Part shown: positions 63,393-64,000 of the stretch, one piece after another
How the letters are laid out: the number at the start of each line of letters is the position of its first letter
How positions within the stretch are numbered: the first letter of the stretch is position 1
Source: a bacterium HR28
Lineage (GTDB): Bacteria; Chloroflexota; Chloroflexia; Thermomicrobiales; Thermomicrobiaceae
Assembly: GCA_002898255.1 (NCBI GenBank)
Contig: BEIE01000006.1
Coordinates: forward strand, 49,251-113,250
Direction: 5' to 3'
DNA length: 64,000 bases
Position numbers and translations under genes: made by a program
Notes under the pieces: generated by a model
Told to the model about the DNA's origin: nothing
What the model saw: the letters and a program-made list of their open reading frames with translations, nothing else
Databases searched by the model: none

Positions 63393-64000
63393 CCTGTAGC
63401 GAGTAAGAGAGCAAAGAGTGCTGCGGCGAGCGTCGCAAGCGCGTTGACGAGGTCGTTGGTCATCCCTGGAAGTCCACTGACCCGTCGGGCGCGGCCGGGG
63501 CAGTCATGCTGTGGAGTTTCGAGGATGCATTGGCAGTGAGAGCAGTGGTAGCGAGCTTGGAGCGTGGCTCCAAGGAGGCTATCGAGGATGGCTCCGAGAC
63601 TCCCGGCAGTGACAACTGGCCAACGTGGGAGGCTGCGGGGGGCGAGGAGGGCGACGAATGTGGCGCCACCGATCATGGCGAGGGACCCGAGAAGGGAGAC
63701 GGCACCGGAGGTGCCAGGTGGGACTGGGCGTCCGGTGCGAAGCGAGCGTGGTGGGCTGGGACTAAGCACACCAAGCTCGGTCGCCCACGTATCGGCCGAA
63801 GCGGCAGCGAGAGCGGCGAGATAGGGCAGCGTGTAGTCGCGGTCACCGGGGCGGAGGAGGTGGAGCACAGCAAGTGCGGCGGCGACGCCACCATTGGCCA
63901 GGACTTGCGTTGCGGTCCGTGGTCGACTCGCCTCGCGACCAAGGACGGCGAGGGCACGCTTGCGTGCCCCACCGAGACGGGTGAGCGCGCTGGCGGCGGC
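63353..64000 (-). CDS. DUF92/TMEM19-family integral membrane protein, N-terminus beyond the window
   Basis: The frame stays open to position 64000 (...QVLANGGVAAALAVLHLLRPGDRDYTLPYLAALAAASADTWATELG...). The 3' end overlaps the convergent Cld-family gene by 40 nt. Confidence 0.7.
   Translation of the reverse strand, partial: AAASALTRLGGARKRALAVLGREASRPRTATQVLANGGVAAALAVLHLLRPGDRDYTLPYLAALAAASADTWATELGVLSPSPPRSLRTGRPVPPGTSGAVSLLGSLAMIGGATFVALLAPRSLPRWPVVTAGSLGAILDSLLGATLQARYHCSHCQCILETPQHDCPGRARRVSGLPGMTNDLVNALATLAAALFALLLATGQESRRRSASAGS

Overview
High-GC bacterial window with about 55 genes. The gene content resembles an aerobic CO/H2-oxidising Thermomicrobia-type Chloroflexota replicon, but I cannot verify the taxon from sequence alone. 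From left to right it contains:
- a truncated PrsW-like protease;
- an ethanolamine permease / SDR / glutamine-synthetase-like module;
- an IclR-controlled sugar-acid ABC and catabolic cluster;
- a CUT1-type sugar ABC operon;
- a fakA-plsY-fakB (DAK2 / PlsY / DegV) lipid module;
- a PCYCGC lipoprotein, a dienelactone hydrolase, and an SQR-like flavoprotein with DUF1641;
- a Tat-less [NiFe]-hydrogenase locus of the group 1h/5 type (hhyS, four small membrane proteins, hhyL, two endopeptidase paralogues, a NifU-Rieske protein), headed by a CooC-like ATPase;
- an XRE regulator;
- an operon of two MerT/MerF-like membrane proteins, a YtkA/FixH-like lipoprotein and a Clp/Hsp100-like ATPase;
- tRNA-Lys(CUU), an MFS transporter, a GAF/PAS/GGDEF protein, an M24 peptidase and a NarL-type two-component system;
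- MocA, an S9 peptidase, form-I CO dehydrogenase coxMSL and an XdhC-YHS fusion;
- aconitase, an M16 peptidase, a chlorite-dismutase-family protein and a truncated DUF92 protein.

Main hunt result: four genes are each interrupted by a single in-frame TGA. These are the PCYCGC protein, the CooC-like ATPase and the two MerT/MerF-like proteins. Each TGA sits where a motif cysteine is expected (U-x-x-C, U-x-C, C-U, C-U). Each is followed 10-14 nt downstream by a 6-8 bp hairpin with a 4-5 nt loop carrying G-U at loop positions 2-3, which is a bacterial SECIS-like arrangement. TGA is otherwise an ordinary stop codon here. This points to a candidate selenocysteine-recoded set of metal-handling proteins. 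No Sec machinery (selA, selB, selC, selD) is present in this window, so the claim needs genome-level checking.

Second result: four tandem paralogous single-pass membrane proteins are wedged between the hydrogenase small- and large-subunit genes.
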